Shown here: positions 1 through 11,741 of the stretch, in pieces
How the letters are laid out: every line of letters starts with the position of its first letter
How positions within the stretch are numbered: position 1 is the first letter of the stretch
From: an uncultured Nitrososphaerales archaeon
GTDB taxonomy: Archaea; Thermoproteota; Nitrososphaeria; Nitrososphaerales; Nitrososphaeraceae
Length of the DNA stretch: 64,000 nt
Direction of reading: 5' to 3'
Assembly: GCA_963841565.1 (NCBI GenBank)
Contig: CAWJCY010000012.1
Coordinates: forward strand, 96,001-160,000
The notes under the pieces: generated by a model
The model's input: the letters and a program-made list of their open reading frames with translations, nothing else
What the model was told of the DNA's origin: nothing
Database searches by the model: none
Made by a program: the position numbers and the translations under genes

Positions 1-2
1 AA

Positions 3-170
3 ATTCACGAAAGTAGAATCCACTTCACACGTGTGAAACAGAGATTAGAGAGAGAATATCAACTTTTTATGTTAAGGGCTAAACACTACGCTAGAAGAGA
101 AGGGATTAGCGATAGCTATTCCACCCAGTTATTTGTTGAAAATGTAGAAAGCATAATAACAAATGAATAG
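3..170 (+). CDS. 3' end of hypothetical protein running off window start
   Basis: Frame open from nt 3 to TAG at 168-170 (IHESRIHF...IITNE*). Confidence 0.35.
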   Translation: MHESRIHFTRVKQRLEREYQLFMLRAKHYARREGISDSYSTQLFVENVESIITNE

Positions 171-316
171 TGGGTACTATCAAAATACACTGATTACTTC
201 GGGACGGAATGTTCGATTCAGCAGTATTAGTCAAATCCTCTTTGCCTTAACCGTTTGAGGTATTAAAGGGCAGAATTTCAGTAGAGGTCTGTCAGTAGAA
301 AGTTCCTTGTGCTCTT

Positions 317-679
317 TTAAGAACTATTGTGGGATGCAAGTTTAACCTTATCTAGTTTTCTTGTCACAACTTGGACTCTATCTTCCAATGTATGCATTTT
401 GTCTAATCTTTGATCTATGCGAATTGTAGAGATGATACGAGATACTCCTACTTTTTTTACTGCTTCGTGCGCAGCTTCGACTGCGTTCAAAATACTCTTC
501 AATTTTGTTGACTCTACTTGTGTTCCCATTCCAGTAAGAGTAACTTTCAACCCTTTTGTCTTCTTAATAGCCATGAAAGCGACAGCAATTTCATCACTCA
601 TGCTTACTTTGCCCTTCGCGAGAGGAACTAAACTAATCTCGGCAACGACTACCCTACTGCTTGGTTTATGATACGACAT
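317..679 (-). CDS. Thiamine-binding protein, MTH1187/YkoF family
   Basis: AEISLVPL...S.S..IA, LTGMGTQVE, RIISTIRIDQRLDK motifs. Confidence 0.85.
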   Translation of the reverse strand: MSYHKPSSRVVVAEISLVPLAKGKVSMSDEIAVAFMAIKKTKGLKVTLTGMGTQVESTKLKSILNAVEAAHEAVKKVGVSRIISTIRIDQRLDKMHTLEDRVQVVTRKLDKVKLASHNSS

Positions 680-895
680 GGTTTGAATTTATGCCTGTCA
701 TCTTTTATTTATTCCCATCTGGAAGCAAAGCTCACTGAACTCAAAATCTTTTGGTACTAGAGAAGATAAGACTGCTATGAGTCCATCTTGAAGTCTGTCC
801 AGCCTTGTGATTATCCTCGTCACTAAAATGAGATAGCTTCATTAAGTAGTGCGTTCGAAGAAATAAATTGGACTATCGATAGTCCCATAACCTCG

Positions 896-1126
896 TTGTC
901 TTCTGAACCTAAGAAATCACCTTTCTCGATAATACTAATAGGAGGTATCATCATTGGACTTGGGCTTGTCTTCATTGCTCAAAGTAGCAGTCTCTTGGGT
1001 CCTTCCTCGTCTTTCATGTACAACAATGCAGACTGGACTACATATGGCTCGGCAGTCACTGTGATAGGGATCATCGTGTGTTCAATTGGTTTGTTGAAGA
1101 GATTTGTTAGAAGGTCAAAGAAATGA
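896..1126 (+). CDS. Small two-TM membrane protein
   Basis: Two hydrophobic helices around GPSSSFMYNNADW, basic tail. Confidence 0.7.
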   Translation: MSSEPKKSPFSIILIGGIIIGLGLVFIAQSSSLLGPSSSFMYNNADWTTYGSAVTVIGIIVCSIGLLKRFVRRSKK

Positions 1127-1494
1127 ATACTACTGGCTGTCGTTGATGCTATGTATCATTCAACCAGATAGTAGCATTCGTATCCTACATATCGTCATTA
1201 TTTGTCCTTTCGCAATCTAGCCCATGTGCTGAACTAATTGATTTCAAGGGAATATCGAATTTTTGAAGAGGGGGCATTAATTTTGGATGGATAATCGTAT
1301 TAAATTATCCGGCATAAATCAACATGAAGGCCCGTGAGAATAATTGACCGTGATGATTTACCCAACGATGAAGGAATTAATTGTCGAGATAATCAAATCC
1401 TTCAATTGCAATAACAATTATCTTAGAAAATGTCAGATAGACGTGAATTCAAAAGGGGGGTAGATATATCAAAGGAGATCCTGAAAGAATTCTG

Positions 1495-1535
1495 AATCGG
1501 AACTCCTTCCTTATAATCGGAACTCCTTCCTTATA
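1495..1535. repeat. Perfect 20-bp tandem duplication (aatcggaactccttccttat x2)
   Basis: Copies read at 1495-1514 and 1515-1534. Confidence 0.95.
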
Positions 1536-1689
1536 GTGAGCATGTGGATCAAAAGAGGCAGGTTAATGATATATGCGATCGCGATATCAGGTGTTGAGTA
1601 GCAATGATTTGATTAATTCTTGTTTGAATGAATTAATTGGAATGTGAGAAGAAATTCCCACTCCTGGATCTGGAGTTCAGCTGCTAAAA

Positions 1690-2118
1690 TTGAGAAATTA
1701 TAAGAATAAGTTATTCTATAATCATATTGAGAATTTGTCATCATATGAGTTGAGAGAGATCAGATCCGTTTTTCGCGGGTTGCAAACGCTATATGAAACA
1801 TATTTGCCTAAAGTAGACCCACTTCTTATCCATGATTTGCTTGTTCGTGAGCAAGAAAAATCAGAACATGCCCCATTCTACATGGTTGAAATCTTTACAA
1901 AAGACGGAACGGATTCCGATCTAATGAAAGATAAGATATACCTGAGCACGGGAATGGTTCCATCCATCCACGATAAAGGCACTCATTATGTAACCAATCA
2001 ACGATTGAGCTTAGAAAAACTGAAAGAAATAAGTAACGATGAGAATGTGTTGGAAGTTACAGGAGACTATACTGGAACACTTACGGGATTAGGTGCATCA
2101 CATGAACACAAGTATTAA
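1690..2118 (+). CDS. Hypothetical protein (start uncertain)
   Basis: 142-aa ORF with protein-like composition. Confidence 0.7.
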   Translation: MRNYKNKLFYNHIENLSSYELREIRSVFRGLQTLYETYLPKVDPLLIHDLLVREQEKSEHAPFYMVEIFTKDGTDSDLMKDKIYLSTGMVPSIHDKGTHYVTNQRLSLEKLKEISNDENVLEVTGDYTGTLTGLGASHEHKY

Positions 2119-2506
2119 CCAATAAAGGGATTATGTTTTATAACTATTTCATAGTCCGGTTGGAACAGTATAGACAATCTTCATCTAACAACCAGACCCT
2201 GCGGAAGAATTAGTCTGCCGTTCACGACCATAGGTGAAATTCAAGCCGAGGCGATCAAAGGTATCTCCTTCTACGAGTAAGATCATGAGACTGATGTAGC
2301 TACTTAAGAGCACTACAGTTTCAATTAGAAATCTCAAGGCAGGAATCAAAGCAGAAACCAAGGAATATAACCCTGCATCAAAAATTTTCAAGTTGTAAGC
2401 TCAAGTTCTACTGAGTAAAACTAAGACTTCGATCGAATAACATTCATCACCAAATATGAATCTAATTAACAAGAGTTAGATACTGGAACGTTCTAGACAC
2501 TTACTG

Positions 2507-3001
2507 ATGTGGTTTCCGCTGCTGACACGTAATAAAGCTAAGGAGCACTGTGCAGTTTGCAATAAAGAGTTAATAAAATTCAGGTACAAGCCACGAGATG
2601 AATGGGATATTCGTGGTATGCTCTGCGGAGATTGTCACGTCATGAAATCCATGGAATATTCAGGACACACTGAAGTCAGTAGAAGCAAGAAACGGCAGGA
2701 CATGATCGAAGATGAGAATGAGGCATCTCCAAAATGTGGAATGTGTAATGCTGATATTGGTTCTGGCTCAGAACCGCTTAAACCAAAATGGCAGTGGAAC
2801 ATTGACACAAACTTAATCCTTTGTAAGCGATGTTATTCCTCGAAGAGCAAAGAATACGAAAATAAAATCAATTATTGTGCTGTTTGCGGTAACAAAATGC
2901 CTTTCTTTCGTTACAATCCCAAACCTAAGTGGAAGATTGATGGTCAACTCTGCAGGAGATGCTGGGACGATTCCAACAATCGTTGGAAGAACCAAGCATA
3001 A
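2507..3001 (+). CDS. Protein with three C4 zinc-binding repeats
   Basis: 3x CxxC...PxxxWxIxxxLCxxC. Confidence 0.8.
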   Translation: MWFPLLTRNKAKEHCAVCNKELIKFRYKPRDEWDIRGMLCGDCHVMKSMEYSGHTEVSRSKKRQDMIEDENEASPKCGMCNADIGSGSEPLKPKWQWNIDTNLILCKRCYSSKSKEYENKINYCAVCGNKMPFFRYNPKPKWKIDGQLCRRCWDDSNNRWKNQA

Positions 3002-3638
3002 TACAGAAGGAAATTGGTGAAATAACTTTGCGAAAGTTAACTATCTCGTATTAAACACTGGCAGCCTCAACTCCAATGGTTCAAGTTTCCTGATACCTAA
3101 TTTCTAATTCACTTCCTATTGAGTATTACCCCGTAATTTAATCTAGTGGTAGGGGTCATCCGGATGTTTGCGACTCGCAGAAATATCTTAAAAAATTAAT
3201 AATTCTAAAATAATGCACACCCGGGTAAGTGAGAAGGAAAACCATTCTTGAACAGGAAATTCCTTCTAATATTATGACATATCAACAACACACGATCTCC
3301 GCAAAGAGAATGGATTTCCGTTATGGCTTCAAATGAATATGGGTTCCACATTCTTGCAACCTTTCAGAGTTGTAAGTTCAAATGCGGAAGTTAGGTTTAT
3401 GCATTATCTCTTCTGGTAATGAATTGAAGTAGGGCATGCTCAGATATTTCTGGATGTATCAGTCTACTACTGAATAAATGTAGTCATATAGAGTTGCCTA
3501 TGGACAATATCAATTCTATCAAATCATCATAGTCAGATCCTATCAATGCAAGCGAAGTGACTGGAATTCAATATGTTAAGGCCCAAGTACGATATTCAGT
3601 GTTATTCTCAAAAGATATCTGACCGTTCAAATCCGTAA

Positions 3639-4796
3639 TTAGGTCTTGCCTAGGAGAATGTTGATCGCTCTCTTAAATTCCTCTATTTGCATCGGCGGCA
3701 CATTTGCTAACCGGAGATTCTGTTCCACATGTTCTGGCTTTTTTTGACCTATTAGGGGAGCGATAACTGAAGGAGTAGAACGTATCACTTGTAGTATCTT
3801 TGCAACTGGATCGGTCAAATCTTCATTATAGCTAGGAATTTTGGCGCGAAGGAGCTTCCCTTGAAAAAGAGGAATACTTGTAAAGACTCCAATCCTAAGC
3901 TTTGATGCCGCTTCTAATATTGAAAGATTCTTTTCATTTCCTACGGTCTGGTTTTTTAAAAGCAACGGTTCGCTGTATGCCAGGTTGTAAGGCAGTTGTA
4001 TAAATCGAAATCCATGGTTGTTTGAACCGCCTTCATTGACATCTTGGGCTAGCTTTACAACCTCTTCTAGTGATAAGTATTCACTTTTATCATCAGGTAC
4101 TCTAAAGCAAGTCCAAGTAGCCATTCCATAGTAACGTATTTTATTTCTGGCCCTATATTTCTCATAAACCTGAAAAACCTTTCTGAGCATTTCCATAAAT
4201 TCCTCCCTGGTAACATCCTGATACCAACTTTCAAAAGAATTATGCGCATAGACCAGGTCAATTGTGCTCAAATTCATATTAGATAATGATTTATCTATGC
4301 ATCTCTCAATGTATGTAGGATTCAGTACATTGTAGCCACTGCTTATATCACTCGAACTAATAAGCCCAGGAGTAATGTACATCTTCTGCATATATTCCAT
4401 CATTCCTATAGACGGAAAGTCTCCGTCATTGGTTATGTAACCGTTCTTAGTCGAGACAAAAACTTGATCTCTCGAAATAATGCGATCTTTGATAAGGCGC
4501 GATAGTGCTCTTCCAATTGATTTCTCAGATTTCATAGCTCGATAGTTGATAGCAGTATCAATAATATTTATTGCTCCAGATTTGATGGATTCGTATATCG
4601 CATTTTCGATTGCCTCGTCTTCGTAGTCTGTAATATCTCCCAAATAGGTTCCCATTCCAAGACTTGATAGATTTAGATCATCGAAAATGCGAAAATGGCT
4701 CTCAGGTCTGCTTTTTTCATTGACAGCATATTTCACATATCGACTAGTTCCTTCCGTCGTTGCAAATCCATCAATTAATTCGTTTCTGTTGGCCAA
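3639..4796 (-). CDS. Aldo/keto reductase
   Basis: LGMGT, IDTAINY, FVSTKNG, IDLVYAHN, IQLPYNL. Confidence 0.92.
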   Translation of the reverse strand: MANRNELIDGFATTEGTSRYVKYAVNEKSRPESHFRIFDDLNLSSLGMGTYLGDITDYEDEAIENAIYESIKSGAINIIDTAINYRAMKSEKSIGRALSRLIKDRIISRDQVFVSTKNGYITNDGDFPSIGMMEYMQKMYITPGLISSSDISSGYNVLNPTYIERCIDKSLSNMNLSTIDLVYAHNSFESWYQDVTREEFMEMLRKVFQVYEKYRARNKIRYYGMATWTCFRVPDDKSEYLSLEEVVKLAQDVNEGGSNNHGFRFIQLPYNLAYSEPLLLKNQTVGNEKNLSILEAASKLRIGVFTSIPLFQGKLLRAKIPSYNEDLTDPVAKILQVIRSTPSVIAPLIGQKKPEHVEQNLRLANVPPMQIEEFKRAINILLGKT

Positions 4797-6078
4797 TGAT
4801 AGTACATTCAGAATTGGAAGCTAGATTTTAGGATTACTTGTAAATCGGTTTCCACTAACTATTCTAGAGAAATATTGTGGACCATGGTACCATGTGTCTA
4901 TTTCTCTGTTGCGAAGCAACCAATTAATTGAAAGTAGAATATTGCTCCCCACTAATCCTGAACAACTTGGTAAGTTATTACAGTCGGCCAACATTTCGTA
5001 TTGCAATTCCACACAACGATCGCCAATTAGCGGTAGAACCTTGAGTCAACCCAGGAATAGGAATCCTATTTGGTTTCGCTGTCTATGGATCCACTAGTCG
5101 AAGTGGTTACGGCTTAACTTTAAGAACCATGATAAGAATGTAAAGAATTTTGATTTAGTATCAATTGAACCTAAGTTACCACCCAAATCAAGCATTTGGC
5201 ATCAAATGATGGAAGTGTATGTGGGCCCCTTAGATTACAATTATTCATTGGGGTCAGTTACCAACTAACAATACCCTATCTTCTCGAAAATTCCTGAAAG
5301 AATTCATAAATAATACATCATAGTTTTCTACATCCTAGATGGCGGGGTAGTTTTTGTCAGAGAAAATCTTGCAAGTCTCTGACTTATTGTATTGACTTAA
5401 CCATAATAAAGGAACAAGTTTGGCACGGTTTAACCATGGACTCAAGAAACACGTATTGCTTAAGGTGAATTAATTAAGGTTTTTTCGATTCGGCATCTGC
5501 TGATAAAGGTAATTTAAAATCCAAACCGTATTCAATGTATAATAATCCATTTGATTATGCATTCTAGCATTGCAATAACACGAACATCAATCGATTATCG
5601 CCTTATTCAAGATAGTAATGGATTGCTGAACATTCATTGTTACAAAAACGTATTATCTTATACGGGGTCGCGATTAGAGGAATATTATTTAGGTTTTGGT
5701 AATGGAAAAATCATTGGCAAATGGCCATGAATTCGACGAAAAGTGAACCAATAATCGCTACTTATTTTTGAGTCGTGCATCATGTATTGGTAATAGCTAT
5801 TCTTCAGATTGATAATTGAACTCGGCGATTACATTCAACTAGATAAAATACATTTTTCCCACCAAAATCAGCCATACACGAACCAGAAGAAAATTAAATG
5901 AAACCTTATTATCAGCTAGCATAGGCTAACTAGCGAAGAAAGTAGAATCTAATACCCTCTGGCATTATCAAAATCGATCCCATCTAAGCTAAACGAAAAA
6001 ATATTGCAGAAGAGTATCATATTCTAACGAATATTCTACTCCTTGCATGAAGCAAAAAAAGGATTTGTTTGACACACA

Positions 6079-6186
6079 TTACTTGCTTTTGGATTTCTTA
6101 CCTTTCTTTGCTGCCTTTGTTCCTTTTGCAGTTGTGCTCTTTCTCTTTGAGCTAGCTGCAGTTTTCTTTTTTGTAGATGTCGGCAT
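6079..6186 (-). CDS. 35-aa Lys/Ser/Ala/Thr-rich basic microprotein (H1-tail-like)
   Basis: MPTSTKKKTAASSKRKSTTAKGTKAAKKGKKSKSK*; BRE/TATA about 25 nt upstream; T-tract downstream. Confidence 0.8.
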   Translation of the reverse strand: MPTSTKKKTAASSKRKSTTAKGTKAAKKGKKSKSK

Positions 6187-6210
6187 CTAATTTCGGTATA
6201 TCATTAGGTA

Positions 6211-6228
6211 CTTATATATATTTTCCGC
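6211..6228 (-). promoter_or_regulatory. BRE + TATA box of the basic microprotein
   Basis: GCGGAAAATATATATAAG at leaderless-transcript spacing. Confidence 0.65.
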
Positions 6229-7447
6229 GATACCAACTTTAGAAACGCGTTATAGATCTTTCATTTGGTATAATTCAACTTGATCGTAATTCTATGTGTT
6301 GGCAGACATCCAAATATCTGGAGTTGACAGAAATAATTAATGTTCAATATATGCAGTTAAAGTATTGCATTGTCTTTGTAGAAAAGTCAAGAGGAAATTT
6401 AGTGTTGAAAAAGGAACCCTTGATCTGAGTTGAAGTCCAATAATTTCATCGTTAACAAAGTCTAGGTTAAAAGCTTTAACGATCTGCATGAGCAGATAAG
6501 TCCAGCGGACTATAGCAAGAATGTCAGAATGTACTGCTTATTCTGTTACACTGTATCAGTTTGATCCAAATCCATTAGATTAATCATACCCACCTTTCAT
6601 CAACGTCCAATGTTAATTGGACACGTACAGGCCTATACTCTGAAAGCTTCCTTTGTCACTTCAATGTGGCCGACTAGATTTGAAAACACAAGTCTCAGAA
6701 CACAATTTAGAGTAAATAACTTGTTAGTACAGATATATGAGAAGGAAATGCATTCCTGAATTACTATTGGTTGACCTGGCAATCAAGAAGTTTAAAGTGG
6801 ATTCCAATTGTTCCTTAAAATGAAACAATACCTGGGAACCAAATAATTCTCGACTTTCACCATCGTTATTTGAACTTACCAGCTGAATGAATGCAACTAA
6901 AGCTGCTCACCAGCCTTCGATAGCAAAGGTTAAAGAATGGTAAGGGCTCTAACCTCATTCCTTCCTTGATATATTTATGCCTTTGACAAATATTCAAAAC
7001 ACTCCTGATGAAAATGTTTAAGGGAACATCATTTATTGCCAGTGGAATTGGTGATGGTGAAATTAAATGAACAGACATTTTGAATTACATACTAATATTT
7101 TGTTTTCCGCGAGCTCCCCTTCTATTTTCTACTTCAAAATCACAGGACATAGACCATATTGTCACCGCAACAGGCTACAGTTCAGCATAAAGATACAAGA
7201 TGATACCTATCTACCGGAGAGAGTTGGGTTGAATTATGAATTTGTATGCTCTATAGTGTTACTTCTAGCCCATTTGAGAGCATAATATATCGAATATTTG
7301 TACTTGGTAAAGAACATTATTCGAAACCAGCTCAACAATCAATCAAGATTTAACATCGCCATAGAATGATTCAATATCTAAAGGTCAGCCTTGGCTATAA
7401 CTCTTGGCGTCCACCGAATAGATTTAGGACCTCCTACGTAGACTTCA

Positions 7448-7772
7448 TCAGTTCCTTTCTCTGCCTACCTCCTTATTAATAGCGTTTCTGAGCTCTTCAT
7501 CATTCTTGTTACTGTAATCGATCCCCAGCGTGTCAGCAATAGTTTCCAATTTTTCCCTATCTATATCGGAAACGCCTGTTCGGTCTTTCAATCGTTCCAA
7601 TTCTCTATTTGCTTCTATTTTGGATTTCTGGAATTCCGCAGAAGCTTTTCCAGCTGATCTCAGCTAGTTGAGGGATCTTCTTGACTCCAAGAAATAGCAT
7701 GACGATTACAACGATAATAATTATCCACTCAATTCCAATCACCATCATCAGATTGGCTACTTGGTATGGCAC
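7448..7772 (-). CDS. tatA: Twin-arginine translocase TatA/E family, one-base insertion near 7660
   Basis: GIEWIIIIVVIVMLFLGVKKIPQLA/RSAGKASAEFQKSK...EKLETIADTLGIDYSNKNDEELR; span is 108 codons + 1 nt. Confidence 0.85.
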
Positions 7773-8516
7773 CGCTTGACGCCCTGTTTACATAATACTA
7801 CTAGAGGAGAATTTAAATATTCTTTATTTTACTGATCAGAAAATCGTCTACCGACTTTTACTATATGGGCACTGAAGTGACCGTTAAAGAATTCATCAAA
7901 TGGATCAATGGAATAAGCCAGAGAAGTTTGCTCACTCCACATCCAAAGGATAGCCTGCTTTCCACTCTATTCCTTGCTAATCGCACTTTCTAAACATTGA
8001 AAGATTCTATAATACTCATGAAATATTGATCCCCGATTCCTTTTTGAAATATTTTTAACAATCAATTAAATCCTACCAGATTGTTCTTAAGGGAACAAAT
8101 GAAAGCTATTCCTCTGAACCATAAGAGGTTCAGGGAGAAGAAAGGGCGATTAGAATTGCGTTATGGTCATCGACTATTAGCAGTTTACTAAGGATCCTTA
8201 TTTCCTTCATAGTATTAATTAATTCAGAGAATATAGAGGCGTGTATATATGTAATTTCCTATACTTTGCTTGTTAGAAATTAGATGAACTATTATGAGCA
8301 ACAAGAACTGAAACTTTTTACCAACTGAAAAAATTCTCTGAGACTTGAGATTGACACAAATATCAATGGTTTGATATGAATTACTGTTTTGCAACTTCAC
8401 AATCATACGGCGCGTAATTGCAAATTGAGTAGTTTAGTAGTTGCATTGTTTGACGATGCTCAGTATCTTACCTAGCCCATCTCCATGATTTTTATGCCTC
8501 TCCGTTCAGAAATAGT

Positions 8517-10121
8517 TTGATGAGATTTGAGAATGAAGACACTTTCAGGAAGCTATTGCTGTCTAATCAAGAATCAATATTTCATAAGAAATATAATAAT
8601 GCTATCAAACAAATCAAATCCCAGTTCGGTAGGAAATATCCGCTATTGATTGATGGCAAAGATGTTAGGTCGGTAAAGTCATTTAAACATACTTCCCCAT
8701 TGGACACTCGGATAGTTTTGGGATACTTCCCAAGGGCGAATTTGAAACATGTCAACTACGCGATAACATCAGCATCTAATACATTTGAAAGTTGGAGAAA
8801 AATAGACTATCAAGAGCGTCTAAAGATCTTTGCTTCTGGTGTCAAGAGCATCGCAGCCAGGAAATATGAGCTATCTGCATGGATAACATTTGAAAGTGGA
8901 AAAAATCGATTTGAGGCAATGGCGGATGTCGACGAGGCAATCGATTTTATAAGATATTACTCCACGGAAATGGTATCAAATAAAGGTTATGTGGTGGACA
9001 CAAAGAGTGCCCGTCCAAGCGAAATAAGTAAGAGTGTGATGAAGCCTTATGGAGTTTGGGGTGTGATTTCGCCCTTTAATTTTCCTGCCGCTCTTACAAT
9101 CGGGATGTGCACTGGAGCTTTAGTTACAGGCAATACGGTGGTTTTAAAACCTGCGAGTGATACCCCAATTGTCGCCTATCTCTTTACTGAAATCATGATG
9201 AAGGCAGGACTGCCTGGAGGAGCTTTGAACTTCATAACTGGTAGCGGTAACACTGTCGGAAAAGCCGTGGTACAAAGCAGGATGGTAGCAGGAATTGCTT
9301 TCACTGGATCTAAAGTCGTGGGTGACATGATATTAGGTGAATCCAACAAGATGAAGCCTAGGGTCGTAATTGCAGAATTGGGTGGAAAGAATCCAGTAGT
9401 AGTCACAGCGAATGCAAATCTGGATGACGCAGTAGAAGGTATAATTCAAGGAGCATTTGGATACTCTGGTCAAAAATGTAGTGCTACCTCTCGTGTATAT
9501 GTTCACAGAGACGTTAAGCAACATTTTACCGAACGGTTGATCCGGAGGGCAAATGAACTGTTTGTTGGAAATCCAATCGACTCCACGACGTTTATAGGTC
9601 CGGTTATCAATTCCACTGCTTACATCAAATATCAGAACTACTCAAAAATAGCCTCTCGTTATGGGAAGGTATTGGTTGGTGGAAGGGTAAGGAAGGATGG
9701 TGATTTGAAATATGGTTTTTTCGTTGAACCGATGATTGTTGAAGGTTTATCAAATAACAATCTCCTATTGAAAGAGGAGTTATTCGTTCCGATTTTATGT
9801 ATAGCGGAATACGCTAAATTTGATGAGGCATTAGAACAGTGTAATACATCGGAGTACGGCTTGACAGCCGCCATTTACAGTGATAACAAACAAGAAATTG
9901 AGACCTTCCTCCAAGAAATTCAGGCGGGAGTGGTATACGTTAATAGAACTTCTGGTGCTACGACCGGAGCAATGGTAGGCTCTCAATCATTTGGTGGTTG
10001 GAAGGCTTCAGGGACAACGGGGAAGGGAACCGGTGGATCATATTATTTGAGTCAATTTTTAAAAGAGCAGAGCCAGACAATAGTTGTAAAAGGATCCCAA
10101 CACAGAAAAAAGAAACACTGA
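8517..10121 (+). CDS. Aldehyde dehydrogenase, probably delta-1-pyrroline-5-carboxylate dehydrogenase
   Basis: RFENE N-terminus, ISPFNFP, ELGGKN, GQKCSATSR, EELF, TTGAMVG..SFGGWKASG. Confidence 0.88.
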   Translation: MMRFENEDTFRKLLLSNQESIFHKKYNNAIKQIKSQFGRKYPLLIDGKDVRSVKSFKHTSPLDTRIVLGYFPRANLKHVNYAITSASNTFESWRKIDYQERLKIFASGVKSIAARKYELSAWITFESGKNRFEAMADVDEAIDFIRYYSTEMVSNKGYVVDTKSARPSEISKSVMKPYGVWGVISPFNFPAALTIGMCTGALVTGNTVVLKPASDTPIVAYLFTEIMMKAGLPGGALNFITGSGNTVGKAVVQSRMVAGIAFTGSKVVGDMILGESNKMKPRVVIAELGGKNPVVVTANANLDDAVEGIIQGAFGYSGQKCSATSRVYVHRDVKQHFTERLIRRANELFVGNPIDSTTFIGPVINSTAYIKYQNYSKIASRYGKVLVGGRVRKDGDLKYGFFVEPMIVEGLSNNNLLLKEELFVPILCIAEYAKFDEALEQCNTSEYGLTAAIYSDNKQEIETFLQEIQAGVVYVNRTSGATTGAMVGSQSFGGWKASGTTGKGTGGSYYLSQFLKEQSQTIVVKGSQHRKKKH

Positions 10122-10604
10122 TCTGACCTTCCTTGGAACCAGGCCACCAAGCCTCGAGTTGGATTATTTAGACGTAATAAACAAAAACGTGTTTTCTTCG
10201 ATTAACAATCAATGGAAGTTGTAAGTCAATATCCTAAGATTATTGCCTGTTTAATTTGGCCACACATCGGCTCTTGACCTTAAATGAGTTCTGGAATTCA
10301 TGTCTGTGTCAATCTAATTCATACTCTCATCTTTATTAGATGGGATCCCTAATTGTCTATTGTGAAGTGAATCAGTGGCTACTATACACGAATTTCACGA
10401 AAAGAATGAATGGTGGCTAAACGAGCTGGGTTCTTTAGGCGTAAGAGTCAGCAAAACAAATGAATTTAATGACGTAAGCGAAATTAGCAATCTGGCCAAT
10501 ATTTTGAAACGACACTACTTCGCAGATTACAAGAGCGTCCGATGTCGCACTGATCGACCAATACTCTATTGTAGTTGGGGTGTCCATTTATGAGGTTGTG
10601 AATG

Positions 10605-10832
10605 TTAGATCGTCTTGCAAGTCCTACATTTGCCGTAGTAAAATGGATTCCCACATAGTTTCTTTAAACCCATCTCGTACCGGGTATAGTTATAATCACA
10701 ACTAAATAGTACTGCACATCGAGTGCATTGATGATGGCACCCCTCATTCAATTGCTTTAGTCTATAAAGTCTGGTCATTTGTGTCTGATCCAGGATGTCT
10801 TCGCCTTGATTTGTAGTTGGGAATGCAGTCAC
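10605..10832 (-). CDS. Small Cys-rich putative metal-binding protein
   Basis: CHHQCTRC...C...C...CRTC. Confidence 0.55.
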   Translation of the reverse strand: MTAFPTTNQGEDILDQTQMTRLYRLKQLNEGCHHQCTRCAVLFSCDYNYTRYEMGLKKLCGNPFYYGKCRTCKTI

Positions 10833-11420
10833 CGATAAAATTAGATTTGAAGATCAACTATATGAGCAGTAATCAATAAAATTACTTTAAAATAATCAAG
10901 AAATTTTTCCTCAGCAATTAGCTAATTACAATATCGGTGCATCGGATTACAATATGGTCATAACTTCAAGTTCGTATAAGCCTTGACTCGATCAAACTCT
11001 TTTAAGAGGGAATGTTGAGCCGCAAATGTTATTGTCAATAATGGAGTCATAGAAATTGAGTAATATGAGGTTTAGGTGGATTTAGTATGAGATTTTGGTT
11101 GTGAGTTAGATTCCCTTTATCGGTCTTTAGATCATCCTGGATGATTTTTTACTGATAGATTTTTTCTTTACACTTTGGCGAAAAAAGTGGAAACTTTACG
11201 AAATAATCTAAGATGCTCTACTTCTTTGCGGGCATCTAACGCTCAATAAATATATTACAAAAGTTGAACAAACTATTCACTTCGAAAGATTCAACTTACA
11301 TGGTAAAATGCCAATTAATAACTGAGCGACTAGTGTCAGTTACGCGAATCTTCGCACATTTCATGAAAAGCGATAGGAAACTTTTTAGCTAACCATGAGA
11401 ACTTATGCACGAAAAATGAA

Positions 11421-11741
11421 TTGGGGGGGATAGAGTTAACAAAAGAGCCAGATTTGGTAACTGTTAACGGCCTACAGTTTAAGAAATATCAAATGTCGTG
11501 GATACGGGATATGGCAATAAAGTACAACCATGGTAATGTGAATGAATTTATAATAGATACGGTTTTGACCGATCTTTTAATGAAGTTGGAAAAATTGTAT
11601 GGAAATGATGCCTGCCGGTATCCATACCCTATCCGTGAGAAATTGAAGGAAGAAGGATACCAAAGTAGTTTAGAGAAGGTATTCAAAACCTCGGGGGCTC
11701 GTGATAAAGTAGTATTGGACGACTTAGAAGCGGTTGCCTAA
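11421..11741 (+). CDS. Hypothetical protein
   Basis: 106-aa ORF in accessory region. Confidence 0.55.
   Translation: MGGIELTKEPDLVTVNGLQFKKYQMSWIRDMAIKYNHGNVNEFIIDTVLTDLLMKLEKLYGNDACRYPYPIREKLKEEGYQSSLEKVFKTSGARDKVVLDDLEAVA

Noticed and set aside
7384-7451. TGATGA...CTGA on the minus strand resembling a C/D-box sRNA or hammerhead core
   Set aside because: TGA is the tatA stop; no clear D'/C' boxes, rRNA guide or GAAA core
4821-8406. Short ORFs at 4821, 4894, 6866, 7067 and 8224
   Set aside because: No motifs or promoter support; likely spurious
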